This document shows positions 37,401-52,400 of a DNA stretch of 64,000 nucleotides, piece after piece. The notes beneath the pieces were generated by a model. The model did not search any database and was not told the DNA's origin. It saw only the letters and a program-made list of their open reading frames with translations. Origin of the DNA: Phoronis australis (lineage: Eukaryota > Animalia > Phoronida). The stretch is from NCBI GenBank assembly GCA_002633005.1, contig NMRA01000044.1, positions 338,594 through 402,593 on the forward strand. Direction: 5' to 3'. Every line of letters starts with the position of its first letter. Within the stretch, counting starts at the first letter, position 1. The translations under genes were made by a program, and so were the position numbers.

Positions 37401-40400
37401 TTTAGCGAGTTACTATAACTGTCCTCCTTGAAAAGGTCGTCCTTTTTAGATTTTTACTTATTGGTTGTTTTAAGCCATACAAAATGCTTAGTTATTGAAT
37501 TACGTAAATCAACAAACCAAGGTATTAAAATTAAATAGGAGTTTAGGAGCCAGAACGAGTTCTGTTGCAAAACTGGAACCCTTTGTGGCTTACAGGTAAC
37601 TTTTCATTGAGAATCTGGCTGTAAAAAACAGACCCATCTAGTGCCCCCCCCCCCCNGTAATAGTGGAGTACCCCCTGGACACTCACTGTGTGAAGCTCAT
37701 GCTGTGTTGCCAAGTTTAGAGTCCTTGGATGTCAACAATGAAAAATGAAAAAGCAGTTTTCTGGCAAGCAATCATTGTGTGTTTATGTTAATTCCAAGCT
37801 GACACCACTGGAGAATTAAACCTAGCCTTGCTTGACACTTGACAGGCTATTTTTCTTACACTCATAAGCTAATGCACAGTACTTAGGTGGTGTGGATTTA
37901 GTATTATAAAACTGTTATCCATCACAAACATGGAATCTACATCATCATGTCTGAAACTGAGTGGGTAATTGATGTGAAGGATTTGTGCTTGAATGGCAGG
38001 AGAAATGATTTATACCCTTTTGGAGTCATTCGGATTTTAGGAATTGATGAAACTTATCAGAAAATCAAGAAAACATGTTATTGGCTTAGTTTGAAAGAAC
38101 TAAGAGCTGATGTATGCCAAGTTTGAATAAACCTTTTCTTTAACTTTTTTCTGCGGACACTTCTGTTCTTGACACGATTTCATTAACACCAATAATTCCA
38201 CTACTTGACCAAATGACTTCTCAAGACTTCTCAAGACTTCTCAGACGTTCTCTCTGAGCTCAGAGATCTTGTTCACAACCCATTAGTTAACATACTCTAT
38301 AATCTCCATCCAAGAGGATTTTTGTCTTTGAGTTTGTTTGCCATTGTACTTGCTCTTGAGTAAAGGATGAATCACCTATTGACCAGTGAATGATACTGGG
38401 CGATACAGGGTTTTGCAAAGGGGTACTTACAGTAGATTGATTAAGCATCGCCAGTTCATGAGCCTATCACGGTGACAATCCCATTGTCAGTTCAGGATAT
38501 ATTTGCATAGTCCAAGTTTTTGTTTAATAGACTAGCTGATGCCTGTGCCATGCAGGAAATTAGTAAGACAGAAAGGCTATTTGGCCTGCATAATTAAAAA
38601 AAGAGGAGGCTGTGTGGTGTAGTGTGATAGGTGAACGCTTTCTTTACTCGAGGTCGTGGGTTCAAGTCCCACTGGGCCACACTGCTAGACCCTTGAGTCA
38701 GGTTTCTAGCTCCTCAGCTCGGTTTTAATGAAGCACAAAAATGGGTCCAGGTGATCAGTGCAATGTGCCCACATGCGCGGCCTTTGCACGTCTGATACCA
38801 GACCTCCTGCAATTATTTTTTTGCATAATTAAAATGATCGATATTGTTTCCATAGAAAGCAAATTACCGGTGAAAATGCTTTACATTATATTATCTTTAA
38901 TCATGAGATATAGATCTTCCAACTTTCTAGCTGATACCGTGCCTGTCCTGTCTGACAGTCACAGTTTATGTTCCTATTTCAGGCAATGTTAATTTGAAGT
39001 TGTGCGCACATATTGGTGCTGTGATTTGAATTCTGCCGAATAGCGTACTCAACTCAAGACCCGCTGAACTGTCCAAGATGGCTACAATTTGCGTAAACAT
39101 AATCAATTCATTCACAGTATTTTGCAACATTGTTTGTGGACAGAGCTACTGACTGGCGCACAATTGGCAGATGTTGTATTTATACATTTGTCACGTAATT
39201 TACGTTCCAGTTTATGTCATGCAAGTTGAAGATGTGAGTACGCAGTGAAAGCAACAGTGGTTTGAAATCCACCTATTTCTCACCATTTTTTCAAACCAGG
39301 CATTACTTTTGACACGCAAATTTATTAAAAACAGTCACCCTGGAGAAGACTGGAATCATGCGATGTTGTAGAGTGCAAATTTCCTGGCCCCGAAAATTTT
39401 CATGGCGAGCGGATTTGTTCGAAAGCTACAATTATGATTTATAAATTTTCTAATAGAGCGTCATTAGTCACTTTTACACGAGAGACAGTTGTCACCATGA
39501 CAGTTTTTACCGTGTCAGTTGGCACCGTGTCAGTGTCACCATGACAGTTGTCACCGTGACAGTTGTCACCATGACAGTTGTCACAGCGCGACTTGCTCTA
39601 GTCGCATTTACGTGACATTAGATCACAAAGTGGATCAGCACGAGTCACTTGCACGAAGACCGTCTGTGCATGCTCGCATGAACAATAGTCAATGTCCTAA
39701 CCACGTGGAATGCCAGCGGATCACCTGCATGCCCTGCCCCAGTTGTGCTTAGACAAGTAGCTGAAACTGGAGCAACTGATGGAGTGCAACTCGCTCTACC
39801 TATCAAACTGGTGTCAGAACTAGCCAGCACAGTGACAACTTGTCCTGTTTACATACGCACTCATTCCCTGATCAGCTGTTCCATGTTACTTGCTCCCTGT
39901 AACAGCTGTCTCTTGTGTAAATGTAACTATTAGTGAGTGATAAACAGCTAAAGGCGGCGAAAATGGAATGATTGCTAGACATTTAAGATTATTACATTTA
40001 ATAATTCTTTTGCAGGCTTGAAAGATCATGAACTGTTCTACGTGAGGAATGGGATCATCAACAGATACGCCCTCCAGTTTGCCATCCCAATACCTCCTGA
40101 CTTAACCCAGATTCGCTTTATGTGGCAGAATCTACGCTTATTTCCTAAGTTTGCTGTAAGTTCTTTTTCAACTTTCACTCTTAGAGTATTGTTACACAAA
40201 AGAATTCTTCAGGTGGGTGACTCACTGTGGTGGACAACAGAAATTTCTCAGCAAAAATACAGTAACATGCCATGAAATTTCATTTATTTTTGGTATTTTT
40301 TGTGTAGTATCTGTAACACACATTTGGTAGAATTTTGAGCATGTTTAGCAATGTAGTAAACTTCTGATAGAATTGTTTTTATTTTTGTTCAAAAAGATTT

Positions 40401-43400
40401 TTTTTATTGTACTCAACAGCTCACAAGTATTGCTGTTACAGTTCACAATTATTGCTATTTGCAAGTAAGAGTAAACAGATGAATGGTTTTAATTAGTAAA
40501 GATGAGGTCAATGGTTTCTGCTAGAATATGCTTTAAATGTCAGTGGTATTACAGGAAAACAAAATCGATTGCCAATTCTCATCAAAAGTACATTGCTACT
40601 TGTGCGGACGCAGTTGTTTTATTTTATCATTTCATAGTGCCAACAAACTCGAACATGATTAAAGTTGCATCTTACATAAATGAATACAGGAATGTAGAAA
40701 TAACAACATTTTGTAGACTTTTGCGGACCAGGAAAGAACACATTTTATGCAGGGGTGACAAATTAAAATTTCGAATTGTCGCATAAGTTACATAAACACG
40801 TTGAAGTCTGATGGCTACTTTCAGAAAATGTGTATTTTTTCTGAATTATATTTCATAATTTCGTGGATATTTTACCGAATACACTAACTTGTCCCATAAG
40901 GTCCTGCATAACTTTAGCAGTGTCCCAGAAGCCATTTTTGAATTAAAGGAACCGTCCACTGTTGAAATACCTTTCTGTTCACGACTTTGTTTTGGTCATC
41001 ACATTGGTGCTGGTGAACTCCTAATTCACTCACAGGCTCTTAAATGTAGCCCTGAGGAGATTTAAATTAAAAACATTCGGTATAAAAACCCAGTAATAGC
41101 CAGGTCTTAGATTTTGTGCACTATAACCATGGTAATTGCATTCCATGGAAACCAGCTCAGAGTTGAGGGTTTGGTATGGTATCATCATAGGTTTTTTTAA
41201 ACTTAAGCACATTTTAATCAAATTTTCTTTTTTTTTAATTAAATAGATTGAGATAATTGGGCAGTAGTCACAGACTTTGAGAACCAGTTTAATGCTTGTT
41301 ATTCAGTGGATAAAACTGGTTCTCTAAAAGCGGGGACCTCCTGCAAGAGACTCTTACCGATTGTTATTTCTTTTTGGAATTGAATTTTAGTACATCCAAT
41401 TCATCTTGTAGTTAGTAGGTAATGCGCTTTAGAACTAAAATCTTGATTATCTGGGGGTAAACGATCATAACTTTAAAATGCCTTTGAGAATGGTAATCTT
41501 GTTGCCGAATTTGCACAATTGCAATACTGTCTGTAGAGTCCAATTCATTCATCCTATCTGATCATTAGTTAAAACAATCCCTCACCACCATAACTTCCTT
41601 ATCAACCTGTTTGGGGTGTTCCTTCCTTCACCTTAGATGACCTTTGGAGAGGTGTTTAGTTGGTCGTCACAAACGACCCTGGAATGTTAAAACAATAATT
41701 GTCCGTTACTAATGAGGCAGTGGAATCCCTGGACTATTTTGAATTAATCACCATGATAACGCACTTGCTTGACTTTTGTGAGATAAGACATGACTGCAGC
41801 TGGATTTTTTAGGGTTGAATTTCTGGTATCCATTTTCCTCGTCTGGTTTACCATGAGGCACATCTGATCCGTCCCAGTCCCCATTCAGTGGGGAGAAAAA
41901 GCTTTCAGATGGCTCTGCTGTCCACTGATATTGTGCAGACATTGTCCGTTTACCAGCCAGCAGTATTTGGTGGAAAACTGATTGGACCATTTACATAGTT
42001 TATCGTTATTTTTTGTATGGGATTGAATTGTTTGTATTAAGGACTCACAGTGCTTTATTAGGTTAAAAATTAATCAAGGTAGCAGTGGTGAATCTTCTTG
42101 TTCGTAAAAGCAAACAATAAACTTCATGTGATCCATGGTGTCATCATTGATGACAGTAACTCTTGTATTAAAAATTAAAGAGAGTATTGCACTTCATAAC
42201 ATGAAGCAAAACAATGATTTTAAAAGATCATGTTAAAAGGGGCTTAACAATGACTCTTTGGGTTTTAGTATTTGTAAGCAATAGTTTTTGTTACGTTGCT
42301 TACTGCATTTTGATAGAATCACAAAATCTTCACTAGAAATACTTCAGTAAGCTGACAAAACAACAAATTTTAAATTGTCATTTAGTGTCAAAATACAAAG
42401 CTTTTTTGCCACTGTCTTAGATACAATCTGAGACATGAGTGCAGTGGCTTCCACACTCAGCATGACAAGGTCCCCACAGCTATGCCTGCTGAGTTCTCCC
42501 CATGCACGCTGTGTTCCCTCTAGTTCAATTCAGGAAATTCACCATTTCCCATGCCCCCCCCCGTCAAGGGATGCCACTGCACTCACAATCCCAAGTGCTA
42601 ATCCTGATGTGACAGTTGGGTTTTAAAACAATGACAAATTAAGATGTTTGTGTAAACTGTACCACTGTTTCTTATCTCACTGAGATAGAGACTGGGTCAT
42701 GCGTAATTAGGGTGCCAGGTTTGGTCAGGACAAGAGGGGAATGTTTGGGTGCCCTGACTAGGACACAGCTACACAGGGATTAATGGACTGATAGACGTCA
42801 TTGATATCCTATAATCTGTGAAATGATGAAATGTTCAAACATGACTGGCCCAGATGTGTTATTGATGATGTATTGGGCAACAATCAACCGTGGCTGATTT
42901 GTGTATTGATTTTTTGACAACCATCCAGAACTTAATCACGGACTCCTAAGAATATAATATTGATTGGAAGTAACAGTAGTAGACTCCTTACATAACTTTA
43001 CTGAATACTTTACAAAATTAAATCAATTGTTCGTTTCATCTATTTGGTCATGCCAGTGACATGCATGGGACACGCATATTTTAGAGTGTTAAAAAAGTTG
43101 TCGTTATTACTTCTGGTGCTGAAACAAATTGGTTTTGCTGTTTCTAAACAACTGCAACTGCCACCTGCAGACTTTAAATATTTGGAAGTGACCAGCTGTT
43201 CTAGTTTTGGTCAAGTTTGGGTTGGTAGAGCGTATCTGATAAAACAGTTTGCTGATGATTTTTCATTTAGCAAACTTTCGATGGGATTATCAAAATGGAA
43301 TATTCAGTTGTCAAATGTCACTGAACATTATTGTCTTCTCAAAGACTTAAATTTCTTCTTTTGTGTCGTTGAAAATCTTTCATTACCCATTGCATAATTA

Positions 43401-46400
43401 AAATCTCTTTAATTATTCTTACCTACCTTACTTACTAATTAGTGTCATTCTACAGTATATCATATTTCCATTATGTTTCAGATGTATTACAAGATGGCTT
43501 TCAATGTATCCAACACAAGGGCACTTAACAAGCCAACAGCCAACATTTCCACAGATGGCGTTGTTCCCACTCAGCTGGAAAGTAAGTCAAGTCAGGGGAG
43601 CACTTACGAAAGCTTGCAGTTCGCGAGCTTGCCAAGTTTTTGTAAGCTTCTGTCAGTTATTACTTTGTATCATCATCGGAGCACGTGACCTCATTAGTCT
43701 TTATCAATTATCAGGAAGATCATTTGACTGTATTGTTGAATTTTTGAGTATTTGAAGCAACGAAGAAAGTCTTTGAAAAATAACAAAAATGTCAATTGTA
43801 GAAATTAGAGTTGCCCTAAATTGAGGAACTCTTATTTAATTACTACAAAAACAACAATATAATCCTTATTCAATCCAGTGACTGTCAAAAGCTCAAGTGA
43901 TGGTGCTGTTGTAAAGTGTTGCAAACAACCAGGCCGCATTAGGATTGCAATGACTTCTAGTTACATTACATGGAAAGAAACATTTTTCTAGACAACCTCG
44001 GTGGGGAGATAAGTGTATGATATCGTGCAGTAGGATTCTGAAAGTGAAATGCTTTCTCAGGGAATATGTCTTGAATTGAGACTATTCCCTTTGAGTTCAT
44101 ATGTGTGTATATAAAACCGTGTCATTAAATTCAGATACTCGCTTTTGATTTAATTTTGTTCATGCATTATTATTGTTATTTGTCCGGTATCTTTTACGCG
44201 GGATTGCAAAAGTAATCTGTGACAATTTCCCAAGGAGCTGCCTGGCATGAAATGGTGACATCTGCTGCTAATTAGGTTTTTAATGTTCTTCATTTATTGT
44301 TGTGGCATTACATGTACAGTTTATTTTGATAGATGTCTGGATTCACTAGAACATATGTCCTGCTTCAGCAGATTATGTAAAGATACAAATCATTTTCAGA
44401 GTTTGCCTCACTGTTTGTTAGATTTACACATGTATGTGTTAAAGTCCCACGCAGTGTTAATTAGGTCAAGCTAACATTGTTTATTAGGTCAAACCAACAC
44501 AGCAAACTTCAGACTGGACCAAATCCAATGAATGACAAGGAATCTTCCTGATAAATCATTAAGTGACCTTCAGTTGGTCTATGGTGTTGTGTGTAATAAT
44601 GAATGCTAACTCTATTAAAGAACCGAAACAAAGGGTGTCACTCCATAACAATGATTTTCAAATATGACATACCTGGTATTCCTGTCTTTTTACTTCAATC
44701 ACGGAAAGCACTTCAGGTGATGATGCAAGTCTGTGGATGTTGACATTGTACCCCTGTTGCATCTGCATTGTGCTTCTCTCTGTATTAGTCACTTACTGTA
44801 CACTCCTGCATTTTAAGAACCAGTTTTCTCCATTGAATAATCATGGGCATCATTCTCAAAATGCAGGACCCCTGTAAGTTACCATTGCCCTTATTTCTGT
44901 TCCAAATGTTATAAATAGTGATTACAGCGTTTTTTTCGCTTTACCAGCATTCGAAATTACCCTTCACTGTACTGGTCTTATGGACGCTCATGTTGAGGTT
45001 GGCATACAGATGAACATCAGCATCTACTCGGCGTCTAATTTGACTATGCTGGATATTAAGAGGAAGAAAATCTGCCGCAAAGGTAATTAAACGATATAAA
45101 ATGGTGGCATGTGATGGATGGTGGACATACAACCCGGTACACTATCAAAATGACGAAGTGTAATTTCGAACTTGGAAAAAATAACTTCCTTAATAGTTCT
45201 GATCTGGTGATTTTGAAACCATAAAAGCTTGATCATTTGTGAAAGGTATTGTGATGAAATGACATAAATGCTGTCTGAATGTGAAATTGGTTGCTCTCAT
45301 TCAAACGTGGATATTTATCACTTTTTGAGCTAAAATGTTTAGAGTTTTTAAGCTCGATAATTTTATTAAAATCTGTTGCTCGACTGATGTTTTCAAGAAC
45401 AAATCTTATGTAATTTCATAAAAACCTGCTCGTTTTTCAGCTGTCAAAGTGAAGAATCCAAACCAAGGCGTGTCTGTGAACCGGCCTAATAATGGTCAAA
45501 GGTGGCCTTCTAGTACCAACACGAGCTCACATAATGCCTTGTGGGGTGAGCTGAATTATTGACAAGCATGAGATGTAACTTTTCATGGCCCATAATAAAG
45601 AAAGCAAACTGCTGAGTTAATTTGACTCATTTCGGATTTTTCAGTACAAAACAGTTGCAAATAGTTTAGTAGCAAAGCTTTGAATGCCAGGCTTGTCTAA
45701 TTGTTCATGGTGGTGACTGCAAGTGAACCAAATTATTTTTACTGTCATTTGCCCAAAGTGAAAGATCCCTGATTGTATAGCACTGTGTCCTGGGCTTTGA
45801 GCTCCCACTTATGATGCCTGGGTTCAGATTATGAGTATATGGTTTCAATTGGTTCTTTTCCCCGGCCATTGCTTAGCGTTAATTGATTCACATAAAGGTA
45901 CTGAACGTATTGAGGACCTTTAGAGCAAGCAGTGATGATGAGATTTTCATTGTTCAAAATATATTTATGTCCATGTAGGATCTTGTCGAAGGTCTGGGTA
46001 TTTACTGGTAGTCAGATGTCTATAAACCTTTTACTTTTAACTCTGAAATGTATGGTTTCTGGAAGTAGAAAGTCTGTAGAATTTCATTCGAGTTTTTGCC
46101 AATATCCTATTAATTGGGTCATGTGATCATATCTTTTTTTACAAAATTTACCAAGAAAGACAAGTTGGTAACAAAACAACGGTATCAATTATACGACCAA
46201 ATTTTGTTTCATGTAAATGTTCAAGATGAAATCTCAAAATTACCACCTTCTCATCATTTTGTGTAACTTGTGAGTTTTTTTCATGAAATGATAAAAGTAA
46301 TATTTTCATATCCTCGAACTGGAAATGTTTTAGAAAGAATTCTAAACAGCGTTTTAGGGAATAGTGCACAAAGCGTAGATCTTAAATTTTCATATGAATC

Positions 46401-49400
46401 TGATTGACCAGATCTTAGATACGGTGTTTTGAAGTTAGCCAAGTTTGGAAAATTTTTCTTGATTTCTACATACGATTATCCTTAAAATACCATTTTAGAT
46501 CTGTCTTTGATGCAGCGATATTACTTAATCTTTATCAGATCAGAGAACAAATAAGGTAAACGATCCTGAGAATGACGATGGTGGTTCATCGACGGACATA
46601 TTTTACATCGGGGTTGGCTGCGCCTGTGGCGTTATTCTTGTCATTGCGTTCAGCGTTGGCTTCTACTACGTCCAATCACAGAAGAAACGCCGACAACAGG
46701 ACAGAGAGGCGTAAGTGTCTTCTAATCATACATAGAGTGGAAAGTTTAACCGNTTTTTTACAAAAAAATGCATAGATCAAGGTTTTTACATCTAAGTTTA
46801 TAAAACAGCCTTCTATGGTGAGCATTTTTACTAAAAAACTGTGTAGACCAAGACTTTTACAGTGCTGTCAATCAAGTGTCAAAATAGCAACAATGCATAT
46901 ACTTTGTATATACATTGTATATTTCTTCCTGCTTTGAAAAAAGAGCCCCCCACTGTGAGCCTTCAGAGGCTTCCTAGTATTCATTACAATGTGTGAGTCC
47001 AAACTTGAAAGGTTCCTATTGACAGTGGGCGTCCAAATGATACCTTGGGCATCCTTGTCAGGGCATCCAGATTAGTCCAGGACCTATGCTGCGTAAAGGC
47101 TTGCTTTGAGCTCCCACTTATGATGCCTGGGTTCAGATTATGAGTATATGGTTTCAATTGGTTCTTTTCCCCGGCCATTGCTTAGGGTTAATTGATACAC
47201 ATAAAGGTACTGAATGTATCGAGGACCTTTAGACCGAGCAGTGATGGTGAGATTTTCATTGTTCATAATATATTCATTGCTATGTAGGACTTTGTCGAAG
47301 GTCTGGGTATTTACCGGTAGTCAGATGTCTATAAACCTCTTACTTTTAACTCTGTAAAAGTATGGTTTCTGGAAGTAGAAAGTCTGTAGAATTTCATTCG
47401 AGGTTTTGCCAATCTCCTATTAATTGGGTCACGTGATCAGATCTTTTTTACAAAATTTACCAAAAAGGACAGGTTGGTAACAAAACAACGGCATCAATTA
47501 CACGACCAAATTTTGTTTCTTGTAAATGTTCAAGATGAAATCTCAAAATTACCACCTTCTCTTCATTTTGTGTAACATGTGAGTTTTTTCATGACATGAT
47601 AAAAGTAATATTTTCATGTCCTCGAACTGGAAATGTTTTAGAAAGAATTCTAAACAGCGTTTTAGGGAACAGTGCACAAAGCGTAGATCTTAAATTTTCA
47701 TATGAATCTGATCGACCAGATCTTAGATACGATGTTTTGAAGTTAGCCAAGTTTGGATAATTTTTCTTGAGTTCTACATACGATTATCCTTAAAATACCA
47801 TTTTAGATCTGTCTTTGATGCTGCCATATTACTTAATCTTTATCAGATCAGAGAACAAATAACATAAACGATCCTGAGAATGACGATAGTGGTTCATCGA
47901 CGGACATATTTTACATCGGGGTTGGCTGCGCCTGTGGCGTTATTCTTGTCATTGCGTTCAGCGTTGGCTTCTACTACGTCCAATCACAGAAGAAACGCCG
48001 ACAACAGGACAGAGAGGCGTAAGTGTCTTCTAATCATACATAGAGTGGAAAGTTTAACCGTTTCAATAATGAATGGCACCAGAGTAGAAGAATAATGAAA
48101 GTTTGCCAAAATTAGTCCTGCTTTTATGCATATAGAGATTGCCGTAGGCACTAGACCCAGCATGTCTATGAGCCTAATTGACTAGTTGAATTTTGTCACC
48201 AAGATACTCAGATGCTATGGCCCTGATGATTTTGACCTTATTTAATGAGTGCTCTACATCAGTATTTCTATTAATTTCTGTTACTGTTATTCGTCTATTT
48301 GACTATTTGCAGGTTTTTGAACAGTGCTGCCACATCGACCACACAGGGGACTGTCTTCTTGCGTGTGGACAAACCAAACAACGCTAGTTCTTCAGGTACA
48401 GAGTCTTCTTGGGTAGAAAGTCATAATACATTTTGTAGAATTCAGGATTGGAGATTTTCTTTTCCTGATTAAATGATTGTTTGAAAGCAATTATAACTTT
48501 TGATAGAACACATTTTGTGGAATTCAGAACTCGATTAATTCTTTTACTCATTAAAGGATTGTTTGAAAGTTAAGCGTCTTTTAATTATTATTTCCGAACT
48601 GGAAAATGTGTTAAGTTGAATTGAAGCAACTTAATGAGCACATTGTGGTTTTAAGAGTCTGTTATTGCCTCATGTCCAAACCGATGAATTCTTTCAAGTT
48701 AATTATATTTTGACATTTTGGACATGATTGTATCTATATTTCCATTCTTAGATTTGTTCCATGTTTATGTGGCTATTACCCAAGAAATTGTAAACGCCCT
48801 AGTTACCGTCGTCAGGGATCTTCCTTTTTACAGCCTTATCAACAACAAGCCACAGACGTAGTTATCACTCGCAGGAACGTGACCCTGATGAGGTCATGAC
48901 AGCGTTGAAACAGATTCACGTGGAGCGGAATAAGATCTCATTGGGGGAAGTTTTGTATGAAGGTAGGTAATGTAACCTATAATTAAAAGAGAAATTAAAT
49001 CTCTTCACATGAACTACAGTATTTAATAAAAATCCTTAAGTTGGTTTGAAAGAGGCGTCAATGAGGCCATCTCCTCTAAAGCACTGAATCCGCCTCTTGA
49101 CAGAAATGGAGGTGGCAGGTCTGCTTTCTCTACTGCTTGGAACACTATTGTCGATCAAATCTCGGGAGAGCACAGCGGTAAGCTCCAACTGTCCCACCAT
49201 TCCAGTCATACCACCATTCCTCAAGGAGGGAGTGGGGTTCTCCTGATGGCTTCAGGATTTTTAGCAAGTATTGTAGTCCAGTTGAACAGTTTCAATTTCT
49301 CTTTGATTATGAACCTTCCTGGATGGATGAAGACTTACATTTCAAGAATGTAAGGTTTGTTTAAGTATTTTACATAATCTCTCTGGTACACAATAGCTTC

Positions 49401-52400
49401 AAAATGCCATCTTGCTTGTGGGAAGGCCTGGTGTCAAATGTGTTTACTCAAAATCCAATTCAAAATTATTCTGGCGTTTTCTACTCTATTTTTATTTCAG
49501 CTTAAGATAAGTGGCTATTAGTTTGTGCTTGACTACAAAATGGTTCATGTGGATAACTTTTTAATCCTAGTTTTCACTTGATGACGCTGGCATAACGGCT
49601 AAACGCTCAAGTCTGAACTCGAAATTTAGAGTTTTTGACAGAATCTTGAGGTTTCACTCGAGTTTGTAGCAGAAATATAGGGGTCATCAAGTGCAAACTT
49701 GGATACAAGCTCGAGCATAAATCATAATAGATTCTAGCACAGAATAATTGACACATGTCTTGAGTTCACAAAAATGTGGAATAAAAAATGACAAAAGTAA
49801 TTTCGGATTCAATTTCGAGTTAATAGATTGGTAGACCCTGGGTCCTGAAAATAGTCATGTAGGAACTGCTATGATCAAAGCTATTGAGGCGACATTGACA
49901 CGGAATTGAGAATCCTTCGCAGCCTTAAGCAGGTCAAGCTGAAGCTACAAACGTTGAACTTGAATAAATCAAGTGGTGGCGATGGATCTTGCAGCTGAAG
50001 CAATCGGCATACTTCATTCACTACATGTTGTTGTCAAGTGTAATGGCAGACTCAATATTAGTTGGGTGGGGCTAATAAATGAAGGTCCCTCTTTTTGACA
50101 TCTGAGAGTGGAAAGCATTTCGTCGGCATGGGGGTGTTTGTGTGATTAGGGAGCCCTGTGATTTACCTGAATGCAGGCATTTCTATTGGAAGATATCTTG
50201 CCTCACGTGCAACTCCTGGTGTATTTCGAGTTTCATTAGGTGTAATAACTCATATGAAAGAATCAAAACAAAAGGTTATATCCCGAAACATTAACTACAA
50301 CAATGTTTTTCACAGATGGCACTTCATTTGACTTCAACTACAGGCTCAACCTGGTAAAGTTATTGTTACTGCTCTGCACTACTTCATCAAAGTTTTTGAC
50401 TTGAAAACTTACAATCCTTGTTATTATTGGTTAAAAAAACATTTCCAATAAGAAATGACCTCAGTGTTACTTCTGTACTTGAGTTTGAAGGGGCACAAGA
50501 CACAGTTTTTGTAAGTCTAATTTCAAAAAGAAAAAAATTATAATGTTCTTTGGCCTTTCTGAGCTCGAAAGATGTGATAAATTTTTTGCTAAATTCTTTC
50601 AAGTTTTGCCGAAGGTGACCAGGGTCTGTTGTCCCTCATCAACAGTGTTCAGATTCTGTTACGCTGGTCGTCATGTTAAGAGAAACTGTGTCAGAATTCG
50701 AATAATTTTTGTTGTCCTACCTTTATTTGTGACAGGCACCTTTGGACGGATATATCAGGGTATTTTATTGGGAGAAGATGAGAATGAAGTGAGCTCGGAG
50801 CAGACGGTGTTTATTAAAACAGTGACAGGTATGTATAATCTCGTCTAGAAAATTCTTGCAAAACATTGGTTGCATTTTAACACGAGCACAAGTACCCTCA
50901 AGCAACAAGTGGTCAATTTTGGAACATTTAAAGATTTTTGTTCCGTTTCCAAAAAACTGCACCATGGCGCATTGCCTCAGGCAGTATTGGCTCTTCGTCA
51001 AAGTGTTACAAGCATTAGTCCATTAATTTATCTCCAAAGGACTACTTAGGGATATTAAGTTCTGTACACAGTTCATGAGAATCTTGTTGTAAATAATGTC
51101 TGCTTTCCAGACCAAGCACGCTTGGACCAGGTGAGACGCATGTTACTTGAAGGCAGCCTGTTGATGGGCCTGTGTCATGGTAACGTCAACCCCGTCATTG
51201 CCTCGTGTCTGGAAGTGGAATCTCAGCCGTACCTCATCTTTCCGTATAGCAACGAGGGCCTCCTAAAAAAGTTCCTTCTGAAGTGTAAAATGTCCGACCT
51301 CGGAGCACATCAGGTAATATGTGTGCGGCGATGCGGTTAACTCATTCCAGGGTCACTATTCAGACTCCTTAGGGGGTAATAAAATGATTATCTTCTTAGC
51401 CAGGACCATAAACCCTTTGTTAAGCTGTGTTTAGTTACACAATCCAACTTGGACAGTCTTAATAATGAGAGAATGCAAAGAACTGCTTTCACTGACCATG
51501 CATGTTAATTTCAAAAGGCCTAGTGTGTGAATGACACCCAAGATTTACATCTGTCTGCCAAATTCTATGCCACTAGGCGGACTAGTTACCCCCTGCAAGT
51601 CCAAAATTCATCTTCACTTTAGAGCACAGTCTAAAAAGTGGACATGTCTATAGTATGATCTACCTCACTTAACTTGTTGCCTATGGAAGTGTGAGAAAAG
51701 TGACGACTTATCTGAGGGGTGACTTGTGCCCAAGTATAGGCAGTCACAGTGTAACTCATAGGACCCTGTCACACCAAACTTGCTCTCAGAATGGTTGAGC
51801 CTGTCAGATCTTGATGAAAGAGGCTGGGTACAAGCAGAAATGGTCTTCTTTGACTAAAAATGGGCCTCGAAGTAACATGATCCACTGGGTTCTTTCTCAG
51901 ATTGTAAAAGGAATATCCAAAATTAATTTGGTGCCCACTCAGTTTTTAGCATGTTTTGTCAAAATTCTTGAAAACGTAGTGACAACATGCTCGTTATGAC
52001 TGTGCCCATAGAGAACAAGTTAGTGGTGTCATAGGGTACTCGGCCATATTGGCAGTTGGCCATGTTGGCCAATTGAGCTTGATGTGTACTTGGCTTAAAA
52101 GTCATCTCCCTCTTAATACTACCAGGGTCTCAACACACAGCAGTTGGTGTACATGGCGCTACAGGCTATTAAGGGTATACAACACCTACACAGGAAGAGG
52201 ATCATCCACAGAGATGTGGCAGCCAGGAACTTTGTGTAAGTATCACTTTTTACGAATTACACATTTCGTCATCAAAAGAACGATAAAAGTAGATTCTTGT
52301 AAGGCCTCACTGGACAGTTGCTATCACAGTAAGGAACATTTAGAGACCAGTTTGTTAGAATTAATGAACTTTGTGATTTTTTTTAGGCTGCAAGTAAAAC

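Noticed and set aside
38606-38680. tRNA gene
   Set aside because: A/B boxes present but the cloverleaf is broken and a SINE-like body follows.
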